From Tubulanus polymorphus (taxonomy: Eukaryota > Animalia > Nemertea), in contig NC_134026.1 of assembly GCF_964204645.1 (NCBI RefSeq), positions 24,772,150-24,836,149 on the forward strand: DNA of 64,000 bases, in the 5' to 3' direction. Positions 12,601-23,813 of the stretch are shown here, one piece after another (within the stretch, counting starts at the first letter, position 1; every line of letters starts with the position of its first letter). The notes beneath the pieces were generated by a model, which was given only the letters and a program-made list of their open reading frames with translations, was not told the origin of the DNA and ran no database searches. The translations under genes were made by a program, and so were the position numbers.

Positions 12601-13045
12601 AGAAACTGTTGAATTATGTTTACAAGATCAATTCAAACAGAAATGGCACCAGACTATCGCAGCTTCAACAAAACTAGATACCTATAGAATTATTAAGCCG
12701 AATTGGGGGCGGGAAGTATGTTCATTAGCACTACCATTTGACCTCAGGACAAATGTAATACGGTTTCGTTGCTCTAATCATAATCTACCGATTGAAACAA
12801 GAAGATATGAAAATATCCCCCGAAATGAACGACTTTGTACCAAATGTAACCTAGGGCAAATCGGCGACGAATACCATTTTATAATGGAGTGTACTTTTTT
12901 CGAAAGTTTAAGAAGTCGGTACATACCGCAACAAATAGTAACGTTTCCTAATATAAGAAAATTTATGAACCTTTTTACGTCAGAAAACCCAAACGTCCTA
13001 AGGAATCTTGCAGTTTTTATAAAAAAGGCACATAGCCTCATCTAG
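9608..13045 (+). CDS. LINE ORF2: apurinic-like endonuclease, reverse transcriptase and C-terminal Cys/His motif
   Basis: CLNICGL, SETKL, GVYIPP, CGDFNA, IDY, SDVH (APE); KAPGND, NYRGITLL, FIDYQKAFD, GLRQGENLSP, LLYADD, YLGV (RT); VYGELGRFP; RLCTKC..DEYHF..C. No stops or frameshifts. Confidence 0.95.
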   Translation, partial: DCAEPGEISILCLNICGLKSRSYTLEFDSLCKSADILVFSETKLDDSDELWVKEYFKSVGYEVVMNNRSNLAIRKSGGILVAFKQSLNRYIKTIHKSTNIIQWIEIDKRFLGWKKHLLIGGVYIPPETSRYGNINLFDELDTDVINRMSSTDAYFCLCGDFNAYTKQLLDYLPHDEILMEFLGLDEVFVEDRHNLDALKIQGLLNRKNKDSSINNWGYRLLDFCKNHNMFIANGRLGRDKGIGEYTCIKGENNHVIDYFIMSPYLLSKCVNFNVNDYDQMISDVHCAVTCSFSISHTRSPYTNVQNMPNIPGKIKWNSGRSDVFREAINQTELNKINIELQNDIIDSACANKRICDILNKAAGATMGRSRVNFDKPKTLLHDYKVKRDCRIYRKAKRNYKRYRSVQNRTNLNSAYKRYKTSIKISKQKKVKLHNDQIGKLAKDDPKAFWKYFRKEKPNECKASLDDLFDHFSVINQNRSAENDNRNFFNVNDFLHDHNDDALNRLITEGEISKCIKCLKNNKAPGNDEILNEFLKTAENEIMPTLVLLFNNILKTGCIPEEWAVGIITPIFKNKGDPSNPDNYRGITLLSCMSKLFTSLINKRLEEFLMDNQLLNENQAGFRKNRNIMDHIFTLHSLIDILTSNKRKLYCIFIDYQKAFDTIWRKALWHKLILTGITGNILRVIHNMYQHIKSKVKVNDRLSESIDSQIGLRQGENLSPVLFSIFVNDLESFLYEKGCQGLDFQLDDFWFNILILLYADDTLLLSDNASKLQNILDHVVDYCQTWQLVINVEKTKAIVFEKRRSNRQPIFYIRGVALDTVSDFRYLGVHFNYTGNFAKCKKDICDQAKKALFFVLKKVQQYSLTIDIAFKIFDAMVGSILTFGSEIWGFSNLDAIEKIHLMFCKYLLKLKRATPNAMVYGELGRFPFEIQIKVRMVKFWGHLITESNTHSSKMYRILIKNHVNGKTSKWITCIQSILENCGLGYIWYEQSFPNIRYLSETVELCLQDQFKQKWHQTIAASTKLDTYRIIKPNWGREVCSLALPFDLRTNVIRFRCSNHNLPIETRRYENIPRNERLCTKCNLGQIGDEYHFIMECTFFESLRSRYIPQQIVTFPNIRKFMNLFTSENPNVLRNLAVFIKKAHSLI

Positions 13046-13589
13046 CCTCACCTCATCGCTGTTCCTGGTATACACGAACTTTTCAAAATAACTTTTCAAT
13101 TGTAAATATAACTAGTTATTGTATGACTAGCAACTGTTATTGTATAACTGCAAACTGTTTATTTTGTATGTATCCTGTGCTCGCAAAAAATGTACAATTT
13201 TCTGGAGCAATAAATTTAAATCTAAAAAAATCTATCCTTATCCAATCCATAGATATGGACGAAATAGAAGAAAATGAATTGGAAAAATAGGGAGAAAGTT
13301 CAACCATGTGGATGCAGCGGGTACCCAAGAACATGGCGCCTGTACACTGTATAAGGGCTTGATATGGTATGATTTGCATCGTAACAGAGATCTGGTGTAG
13401 TTATCGTTTCGAGCCCATCGAGTGTCATACAAGTTTAACTTAATGCCTAGTCAATAAAACAAGCACCTGGAGCACTGGAGCAATGGGAATTTATTCTACA
13501 TAAATCATTTTTTGCAGATATTTTCCATTTTTGCTCTGTGGAACCTGTATTCCTTTTATGTAGTAGCTGACAGAGATTAGTAGACAGAC

Positions 13590-13800
13590 ATTATCTACCG
13601 ACACAAACAATTTCGTTTGTCTGAACATTAGCGAATCTCTAATACTCGTGTATTTGATTTGTTGAAGCTGCAGCAGAATTCACGTGAGTTAATAGAAATA
13701 TTATTTAAATGTATTATCATATGTATTATCATACCAACTAAAAATACCACCTGACGCTCGGACTGTTGAATACATAAATCGTGGCGAACGATTAACATAT
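13590..13800. repeat. Paralogous intergenic block repeated at ~17565-17770 and ~23537-23745
   Basis: Shared TACCGACACAA.CAATTT.GTTTG.CTGAACAT.AGCGAATCTCT and ATGTATTATCATATG motifs. Confidence 0.75.
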
Positions 13801-13985
13801 GTTTTGCAACGCATAGTTTTTAATTTCTTTGCGAGCATTTTGTTCACTGGTCATCTATCATCAAAAATACAGGAAGATACACTTTTGTTACTGACTCCTT
13901 CGGAAATTGAGTGAAAAATACTTGATTTGTTTAGATAATACAGAATTTAGAAAAAATCATCGAACATTCATTATGGATCAATCAA

Positions 13986-16977
13986 TCATTGTGAGTCTCT
14001 GTTATAAGCTACATTTTCATTTTCTGCTTCGTTCGTCATTGAATCTCTGATGCTAAATGCGATGTCATCATACTCATCATTCTTCGCCCACGCCTGGACT
14101 TCGCCACTTCCGAGGATTTTGTATATCAATGCCCCAAATAATCCGATTCCAGTACAAATGTAGAAAAATATCTGCCACTCAGCTCTTGTTTGCTGCAAGA
14201 AAAAGATACGTCTATTATCTACAGTAGACTGCGATTAAGTAATCAGATTGATTACTTCAAGCCTACATTGGCCGCTGTAGTTTGCATTTATACACGCGCG
14301 CATCGTAAACGAACCGAAACTGAGAAATGTGGTCGCAGAGTTTCACTCAAAACTATTGAATTATTTTTTGTCTGAAATTTGATATACAGAAGGAAACCCT
14401 CGGCGATTCACTATGGTGATCATATGAAATTAAGAGATTAATGTAATGTTCCACTTATTGAGACTGCCGTTTGGTTCAGGAAATCCATATTTTCATCCAT
14501 TGATTTTACCTGTAACCGCTTAATTGGGTAAGGTCCCAACTGTACCGGTTTAGGCGGAGTACCTATAATGATTTGCCTGCTGTTTGCCACGGGGAATAAA
14601 CAACTTAACTTACGAGGTATTTTCAACTTACGTTTTTAGTTAAGATTCCAACAAGAGCTGATCCAAGTACACCTGCTAGCGAAAATAAGGTTGATACAAT
14701 ACCCATCAATAAACCGGCATATTTTGGTGCTATATCGATAGGGTTAGTATAACAAACACTGTATGAACATCCTAACATAGCGAGTCCAGCAATGAGAAGA
14801 ATTAACGCCACGACCACATGTGAGCAATCTAAGAATCCTAAAATAAAGATCAGGATGGCGGAAAAAGTCATACCTGAAAATAAACAGTATCCCAGTCAAA
14901 GATTAAGAATTTGTTCTAGATTTATTTAAAAAGAAAATAAAACACGGTTCAAAAATAACCCACCAACACAGTAAAACACTTTCCGTACCCACGTGATACT
15001 GGACGGATATTTCCTAATGAGATAATCAGACATGAAACCGGACAGAATTAGAAATAGCCACATCATAGCCATTGCTAAAGATGAAAATACTCCATTCTGA
15101 AAAAGAAAATGTTCTAATGTTCAGAATTAACATAGGATATTGAACGCCAGTTGTACGCCAGTCTTTAATCACGTGACACTTACCGATCTTATGTCGAGTT
15201 TAAGGACATCATTTATATAGGATGGCACCGACAACAGAAATGTCAAGTTTAACCAACCGAAACAAAAGAACCCGATAGTTAAGGCCCACACAGGACCAGA
15301 CTTGACAACCTTTGACCAAGGAACATCTCCTAATTTCTACAAGGAATATGCAGCAAGTTTAAGATAATTGTGTAATGATTTTTGTTAGCCAGCGGATTTG
15401 CAAACGTACTAATTTATTTGTTTTATCCATCTGCCCGACAAGAGAATCTTGTATGTAATTTCTCTCGGCTGCTGATATTCGGGGATGTTCCTCGGGTGAA
15501 TCATAAGCGATAATAAACCAGCATATACAACAAACACACGATATTCCACCAAATATGTAGAAAATTGACGGCCATCCCAAATATGCACACAAAATCCCGG
15601 AAACCATCTGAGTTACAACAGTTCCCACTTGGTTACCTGAAACTCCAGAAGTCTTGGAAATAAGACAAAATTGTTAATCCAGCATCGTTCTACGTGTATA
15701 ATGTGTACGTACCGGCGAAAGAAACAATAGTCAGTTTAGTTCTCTCTTGAGGTGGAGCCCATGCCGCCCATAACGCAACTCCTGTCGGTAATGCAAAACC
15801 CTGAAAAAGGAGCATTGAAAGAACACTTATTTTCTAATTAGTTTGCGAGCATGGCGAAACGTAGCTAATTCTGTTTGTAAGATCTACCTGGCAAAGACCT
15901 GTGATGAATCGAAGTGCGATGACAAGGTAAGGACTAACTGTAGAAGCAATTGGAATCAACAATGTGGCAACAGCCGATACTGCAGTAGTGATTCCGAATA
16001 CAATACGTCCTCCATACTTCGTGATGATTATACCCGCCGGTAAATGAATTACTACATAACCCCAAAATATCGAACTTAGTATCAAACCTTGAGTTTCTTT
16101 CAACCAAATGAAACTTCCTTCCTGAATTAATGAGAAGTCATGCAAACTACAATTCTTGAAGATTTTGCAGGCTCGCGCTTTCTTAATGCAGATTAGCCCA
16201 TTGGCATATGATTTTGTACTATCGAAAAGCAACACTTCGCCAAACTAAGATACCAAATGCAAGCTAAGATATTCCATTTTTTTCAATCAGTGAGTTCCCG
16301 CATTTTCATTTTTTGATTGAAATGTTTGCTGTCATACAAAAGCTAGAACGAAATAGGAACTTTAGAGGATTATGTACTGTACATACCTGATATTTGGATT
16401 TGTGACCGAAACTCAAATTTGAAGAACATTTTACGCTATCATCATTGTGCAATATCCAATGTCCTTCCGATAACTCATTAACAGCAGTATGGTTAACCAT
16501 ACAGACTATTGCTACGCTTATAGTAGCTCTTACAGCAGCCATTGAAAAAAGTCCAAATGACACCACGAAAGCCAGCGCCAAGCGGCATGATCCGATCCAT
16601 TTATCTAGTTTACAAAATACACATACACCCGTAGATATATTTTCCAAGATCTCGCGGATCGTAGAAATTGTTTTGATCTAATAAGAACTTCAGTACACCT
16701 GCTCGATCTGCATTTGTCGCTTTTTTATTCGATTAGAAAATTTAATACGTCACAGAATTTCATTAAAAGGCTTTGTTACGTCTCGTGAATCTGATAATAT
16801 TATAAGATAAAGACATTCTGATTGAAAAAAAAACATATTGTGCTCTCTAATAAGGGGCAGGCCAAATTTGTTGCGGCCGGGCAAATTCGTAGCTGTGTGA
16901 TCGCTCGTATATTGTTTTGATACGAGATTTTGAGTAGTTACAAATCCGTACTTACCACCCTCACCTGGATCAACCAT
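13986..16977 (-). CDS. SLC17/sialin-like copy 4 (divergent subtype A)
   Basis: MVDPGEG / [15 protein letters not shown] / SSIFWGYVVIHLPAG..RFITGLCQ / WAPPQERTKL / [11 protein letters not shown] / [16 protein letters not shown]. Canonical GT-AG boundaries. Confidence 0.85.
14222..14563. mobile_element. Degenerate TA-inserted MITE in the last intron of copy 4 (same site as the copy 8 MITE)
   Basis: Starts TCTA|CAGTAGAC and ends GGTCCCAACTGTACCGGTTTAGG. The insertion is absent at the homologous site in copy 6. Confidence 0.55.
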
Positions 16978-17382
16978 ATTGTTTAATGATGAGTATACAG
17001 TTGTGAATTTGCAGTGTTTTAATTTGAAACGTAACAGGTTTTCATTTGAATAAAGCATATCACGTAAGATCCCTAATTAATTTTCAGGGCCAATAATGCA
17101 TATCGCATGGATGTATTAAATAGAGTTTACAATGTAGAGCTTTAGTTTATACGTCCATAGATAAGGCAATATTTGAACATTTCAACGTCAGATATTTCGT
17201 TTAGCCGTTGTTGTCACTAGGACAATCGATTTGACTTAACATAATACGTACTAAGTGATTCCCGTAATTCCATTACATGAAATGCGCGTTGCGCTATGTT
17301 ACTTAAACGTATGTATTAGAATAGGATTTCTTCGATCATAATTATTCAGAATAAGGAGATCATGTTGAGGGATACTGAAATA

Positions 17383-17562
17383 GTTTGTTATTGCTCCGAC
17401 AACTGCGGGAGCAAGGGGTCCAGATCACGCAGCAAATGTGTTCCTGATACCGAACGGAATTCCAGCGTATCGCAATATCCACATAATTACATAGAATGAC
17501 ACTGACAGCACAATCTATAGTCGCTACTCCAGCCGCCAGTAAAAGACAGTGCTAGAATTGGT
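17383..17562 (-). pseudogene. Degenerate fragment of the copy-9 penultimate exon
   Basis: High similarity to 30890-31072 (TGCTCCGACAACTGCGGGAGCAAGG...ACATAGAATGACACTGAC...GTCGCTACTCCAGCCG) with small indels. Confidence 0.8.
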
Positions 17563-17765
17563 TTACCGACACAATCAATTTTGTTTGTCTGAACATTAGC
17601 GAATCTCTTATGTTCGCGCCTCTAGATATGTAGAATTTGCAGAAGTAACAGAGAATGAACATTTACACGTATTATCATATGTATTATTAACCAAACCACA
17701 AAATCGACCACCGGACACTCAGATTGATGAATACGATGAATAATGACGAATGATTGATATCGGCT

Positions 17766-20002
17766 TCAATTGTGTAAAGTCTTTACTGCATTTTCAGTCA
17801 GGCCGTGATTTTCATCAATATTTGGGTTTGGTAGATTCTGCTCTGCTAAGTCTTCATAATCATTATATCTAGCCCATGATTGGACTTCGCCACGTCCTAG
17901 TATTAAGTAAATTAACGCACCAAACAGTCCAATTCCTGTGCATATGTAGAAAAATATTTGCCACTCCGCTCTTGTTTGCTGAAAATTTTAACTCGAGAGT
18001 GATAAACAAACTTGTGTAGATAATTTGTCAATAATCGTGATGACAATTAACTTGACTTTACTTACGTGTTTTGTAATGACTCCAGCGATTGCCGGTCCAA
18101 TTACACCCGCAACGGATGCAAATGTTACCGCGCAACCCACCAACAAACCAGCGTATTTTGGGGCTATATCAACTTCGTTACAGAAAGCTACACCACAAGG
18201 GCCACCCAAACTCGCCATTCCAGCCACAAGGGAAAATAAAGCCAAACCGACATCAGAACAATCGAAAAATCCCAAAATTAACAGGAAAAGAGATGTTAAC
18301 GCCATACCTAAAAGGAAACATTTCCCTAGTATAAGTATATGCTTTTCATTTTTAGTAAAAGGATATATTACATATATGAATATATTAAACTTCTCACCAG
18401 TTGAAAAATATGTTTTCCGTATGACTGTTATCTTATCGGGAAATCTTTTGATCAGAAAATCCGCTGAAATCCCCGAAAGTACAAGGACGAGCCACATCAT
18501 GCCATTGCAAAATGCTGAAAATGCTCCATTCTACATGGAAGATAAATCGTAGGTTTTCAAATGATCATTTAGTGATTGAAGAATCAGGTGTTGGTTTACT
18601 TTTAGGAGGAACTAAATATTTTGCTCACCGACTTAATATCGAGTTTAAGAACTTCATTGATGTAGGATGGAGCTATCATGAGAAACGTTTTGTTTAACCA
18701 AGCGAAACAAAATTTTCCGATGTGCAAACCCCAAACAGGACGAGACGTGAGTATTCTATACCAAGGAACATCTTCTAATTTCTACAAGAAACATCTGATA
18801 CCATTTTAAGTTCGTTAAGATTAAGCGTATCAAATCTTAGCAACTATGGTCTTTGAAAACGTACTAATTTATTCGTTTTTTCTATTTGCCCGGAAAGAGA
18901 ATCCTGAATATGTTTTTTCTCTGCTGCTGATATTCGGGGATGTTCTTCCGGTGAATCATAGGCGATGATAAACCAGCATACACACCAAACACATGACAAT
19001 CCACCGAAAGTGTAGAAAATCGACGGCCATCCGAAGTAATCACAAAATAATCCAGAGACCAGTAGAGTCGCTACAGATCCAATTTGCACACCTGAATTCA
19101 GATCTCTCGATATATTAGGATACTGTTATACATATTTTGGGACATAGAACTTATGATGACTACACCTGCAAATGACATAATAGTTAGTCTACTTCTTTCT
19201 GAAGGTGGGGCCCAGGATGCCCACAAAGAAAACCCTGCAGGATATGCAACACCCTGAAATAGAATATGTTCATTCTAAACATTAATAAAATTCGTTACAG
19301 TGACAAAACCCAATGGAGGAGAGATATTTGAGTTATTAAACTAAACCAATTTACATTACCTGACATAGACCAATAATTACTCGAAGTGCGATGACAAGAT
19401 AAGGACTGACTGTTGACGCGATTGGAATCAACAATGTAGCAACAGCTGATACTGCAGTAGTGGTTCCAAATATAATGCGCCCTCCATACTTTGTGACGAT
19501 TACTCCAGCCGGCACGGAAGTAATTAGATAACCCCAATATACCGAGCTAAGTATCAAACCTTGAATTTCTTTCGACCAAATGAGATTTCCTTCCTGATTT
19601 TAGATATTGAAAGTTGAATGTATTCTTTGGAATGTAAAAATGTTCTTTGCGATTGCGTTTTATATTTTTGGCTGTACCTCATATTTGGAGTTATGGCCAA
19701 AACTCAAATTTGATGAACACTTTACATCTTCATCATTGAACAAATTCCGCTCTGTTAAATCTTTCACAGCTGTCTGATTCACCATACAAACTATAGCCAC
19801 ACTAAGAGTAGTTCTTACAGCAGCCATAGAAAAAAATCCGAAAGAAGCTACGAATGCCAGAGCCAAACGTAACGAGCCAATCAATGTACCTAGATAATGG
19901 ACCAAAACCTTCGAATGATGGCTGAATATCCCATATCGATATGTTGTTCAAATACAATGTATGTGGTATAATATACTTACCACCTTGAGTTTGATAAACC
20001 AT
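17766..20002 (-). CDS. SLC17/sialin-like copy 5 (divergent subtype B)
   Basis: MVYQTQG / MAAVRTTLSVAIVCM / [23 protein letters not shown] / [23 protein letters not shown] / [11 protein letters not shown] / ..KTLHN*. Confidence 0.85.
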
Positions 20003-20278
20003 GTTTCAGTTCACGATGCATGGACATCATATACACACGCAAAAAAGCACATGGCGCACAGATCAATTAACATATTGAATACCGACTGATACTTTTTCAG
20101 CACAAAAACATATAACAAGTTAAGAAGATTTATTTTCCCGTAGTAATTCTGTATAGAAAATATGTAAATACACGTATTACAATAAATAAATAATCATCAA
20201 AAATATAAGTCCCCTGATTTATTACGGTTTAAATGAGTCCAATGACATCCATCAGTCCATCAGTCCATCAGTGTTCTA

Positions 20279-22582
20279 TCAATCAGTGTCTTTGTTATAA
20301 GCCACATTTTCATTGCCAAATACATCCGTCGTTGATGCTCTGATTTCGCACGCTATATCGTCAGACTTATCATATTTCGCCCACGCCTGGACTTCCCCAC
20401 TTCCAAAGATTAGATATATTAATGCACCAAATAATCCAATTCCAGTACAAGTGTAGAAAAATACCTGCCACTCAGCTCTTGTTTGCTGTAAATATTCAAA
20501 AAAGGTACGTCCATGATCTATAATGATTTATTTATTGTCAAATCATGTATTATATTGCCTTCAACCAAACACACCGGGAATAAACAATATACAAGACGAG
20601 GTATTTTCAACTTACGTTTTTAGTTATGATTCCAACAATAACGGATCCAAGTACACCTGCCAGCGAAAATAAGGTTGATGCAATACCCATCAATAAACCG
20701 GCATATTTTGGGGCTATGTCGATTGTGCAAGAATAAGTCACGCTGTATGAACATCCTAACATAGCGAGACCAGTGATGAGAAGAATTAACGCCGCGACCA
20801 CATGTGAGCAATCTAAGAATCCCAAAATAAAGATCAGGATGGCGGAAAAAGTCATACCTGAAAATGAACGACAAACTTGGTCAAAGGATAATTATGTGTT
20901 TAGATTTACTAGAATGGAATGACACGATTTAGAAAAAAACCCACCAACACAGTAAAACACTTTCCGTACCCACGTGATCTTTAACGGAAATTTCCTAATG
21001 AGATAATCAGATATAAACCCGGATAGAATTAGAAATAGCCACATCATAGCAATCGTTAATGATGAAAATACTCCATTCTGAAAAATGAAAACGTTAGAAT
21101 CTAAAAATCATCATAGGAAATCAAGCAAATGCCGATCTTTCAAGATGTGACACTTACAGATTTTATATCAAGCTTAAGGACATCGTTTATATAAGATGGC
21201 ACCGACAACAGAAATGTTAAGGTTAACCAACCTAAACTAAAGAATCCAATAAATATGGCCCACACAGCACCAGTCTTAACTGCCTTAGACCAAGGGACAT
21301 CTCTAAATATCTACAAGGAATATGCAGCTCATTAAAGATAATTGTGGAATGTTTTTCACAGCCACCAGTATTTTAGACTTACTAATTCATTCTTCTTTTC
21401 CATCTGTCCGGCTAGAGAATCCTGTATATATTTTTTCTCTGCTGCTGAAATTCGGGGATGTTTCTCAGGGGAATCATAAACGATGATAAACCAGCATATA
21501 CAACAAACACATGATATTCCACCAAATACGTAGAAAATTGATGGCCATCCGAAATATGCACATAAAACTCCGGAAACCATCTGGGTCACTACGCTTCCCA
21601 TTTGGTTACCTGAAACTCCAGAAGTCTCGAAATATAAAAATTCTTGATTGTAAAAAAAACGTCTTCAAATTTGCACGTACCAGCGAAAGAAATGATAGCC
21701 AGTCTAGTTCTCTCTAGAGGTGGAGCCCACGCCGCCCATAACGCAGTTCCTGTGGGAAATGCAAAACCCTGAAATAGGAACATAATCAAAAACGTAAATT
21801 TTATCATTATTTTGCGAAAAAAGGCGAAGGTAAAATTTTTTGGTAAGATCTACCTGACAAAGACCGATGATAAATCGAAGTGCGATGACAAGATAAGGAC
21901 TAACTGTTGACGCGATTGGAATCAACAATGTAGCAACAGCTGATACTGCAGTAGTGGTTCCGAATGGGATACGACCTCCATACTTCGAAGCGATTATACC
22001 CGCCGGTAAAGAGGTCACTACATAACCCCAATATATCGAACTCAGTATTAGACCTTGCGTTTCTTTCAACCAAATGAAGCTTCCTTCCTGAATTGATGAG
22101 AAAATTCATGCAAACTACAATTCTACCATGAAATTTTGCAGGCTTTTTCACCGACATTTTTCGAATCAGTGACTGGCTTCCCATCAGTGACATTTTCATT
22201 TTTTGGAATACATTTACACAAAAGTGAGTTAGCAATTTAGTATATAAGTTCTGCAAACCTGATAATTGGATTTGTAACCGAAACTCAAATTTGAGGAACA
22301 TTTTACGGTGTCTTCATCATCATGCACAGTCCAATTTCCTTCCGATAACTGTTTAACTGCAGTATGGTTAACCGCACAGACTATTGCTACGCTTATGGTA
22401 GCTCTTACAGCAGCCAGTGAAAAAAATCCGAAAGATACCGCGAGTGCCAGCGCCAAGCGGCATGATCCGATCCATTTATCTAATACATAAATATATAAGT
22501 GAATCTATCAGGAATATCCCGGAAATAGTTTTGAATTTTCATCATAATCTTTTAACTCACAGCCAGGGTTTTCATTCACCAT
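20279..22582 (-). CDS. SLC17/sialin-like copy 6 (divergent subtype A)
   Basis: MVNENPG / [15 protein letters not shown] / SSIYWGYVVTSLPAG..RFIIGLCQ / [23 protein letters not shown] / [11 protein letters not shown] / ..NKDTD*. Confidence 0.85.
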
Positions 22583-23263
22583 GTTTTCTTTTCGATAGAA
22601 AAATTCGATACTTGGCTGTGTACTATTTGAGACCTAGTTACAACTCGTTCGTGAACTTCATAGATATATATGTATGTAATACAAAAGACCTTTTGATTGA
22701 AAAAAAACCATGTCATGCAAGTTCTCTGAAAATCTATTGTCTAAATAGGACATTAATGGCTGGCATGGCAAGATATCGGAATTGCTATACAGAGTGTACA
22801 CTAGAACGAGTTGATTGATATGAATAGCCTATGAAGAGCAAAAGCTCACGTTTGAGGTTTGAGGTATATGAGGGGCTACATGGTAATGGTGGCTGATTAT
22901 AGAATATTTTATCTAATATGTATTTCACAAAATAATCGCTTTTTTGTTATTGGTATTTACGTATTATCTAGTTGAATATTATATAAGATTCGGGCCAAAA
23001 TGTAAAATTCCTCATACGTATAACATGCAAATGAAGGGCACGCCGCCAGAACACAAATCAAGAAAAACCAGGCAAATTTCTCTACAAATCCGTTTTGGTT
23101 GAGCTAAAACAAACGAACTGTTTCTTGTTTCGGATAATCTATAGAAAAGTGTAGCAACATAAACTTTTTAAGTTTCTTTTGCAACCATTTTTTTTCGCCG
23201 ATTATGGATCACTAAAATACAAAAAGATGCACTCCTTCGATCTACTGACATTTTTTGTGAAGG

Positions 23264-23356
23264 AACACGTAGCAAATGTTTTCGTGATACCGATCAGAAT
23301 TCCAGCGTATTTCGGTACGATATCCACATGATTACATAGAATGACACTGACGACAC
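23264..23356 (-). pseudogene. Second, shorter relic of the copy-9 penultimate exon
   Basis: AACACGTAGCAAATGT.TTCGT.ATACCGA.CAGAATTCCAGCGTAT.TCGGT.C.ATATCCACATGATTACATAGAATGACACTGAC matches 30930-31018. Confidence 0.75.
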
Positions 23357-23813
23357 AAGGATAATGCTATAAGTTGTTTGATGAAACGTATGTGACAAGT
23401 GCTGAGGGCAAGAACAAAATGGTGGAATGACTTTGTTCACTTTTTGTTCTGTGAAACAATGGACTCTAAGAGTCCATGGTGAAGCCTTCATTGCATTTTC
23501 ATTCCTTGTAAGTGTAGTTGACTGAGATACCATAATCTACCGACACAATCAATTTCGTTTGACTGAACATAAGCGAATCTCTAATATTCGTGTATTTGAT
23601 TAGCTGAAGTTACAGAAGTTATATGAATTAATAGAAGTGAATATTTACATGTATTATCATATGCATTCAACTAAAAAGACAACGTAACGCTCTAACAGAT
23701 GAATACGATGAATAATGACGAGTGATTAACATAGGTTTCAATTGTAAATTGTCTTTACTGCATTTTCGGTCAGGCCGTGGTTTTCAACGATATTCGGGCT
23801 TAGTACGTAGATT

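Larger units (their letters stand above)
9131..13235 (+). mobile_element. Non-LTR retrotransposon (LINE; APE + RT; RTE-X/CR1-L2-like by inference), 5' end probably truncated
   Basis: ORF1 remnant plus intact ORF2, short 3' UTR, AATAAA at 13209 followed by a TTTAAATCTAAAAAAATCTA tail. No clear target-site duplication seen. Confidence 0.9.

Noticed and set aside
13240-13560. GC-richer stretch after the LINE tail with short ORFs
   Set aside because: No recognisable protein motif or termini. Probably an old repeat fragment, unassignable by eye.
22740-23260. Possible DNA-transposon fragment between copies 6 and 7
   Set aside because: Absent from the paralogous interval, but no terminal repeats or coding motif could be identified.
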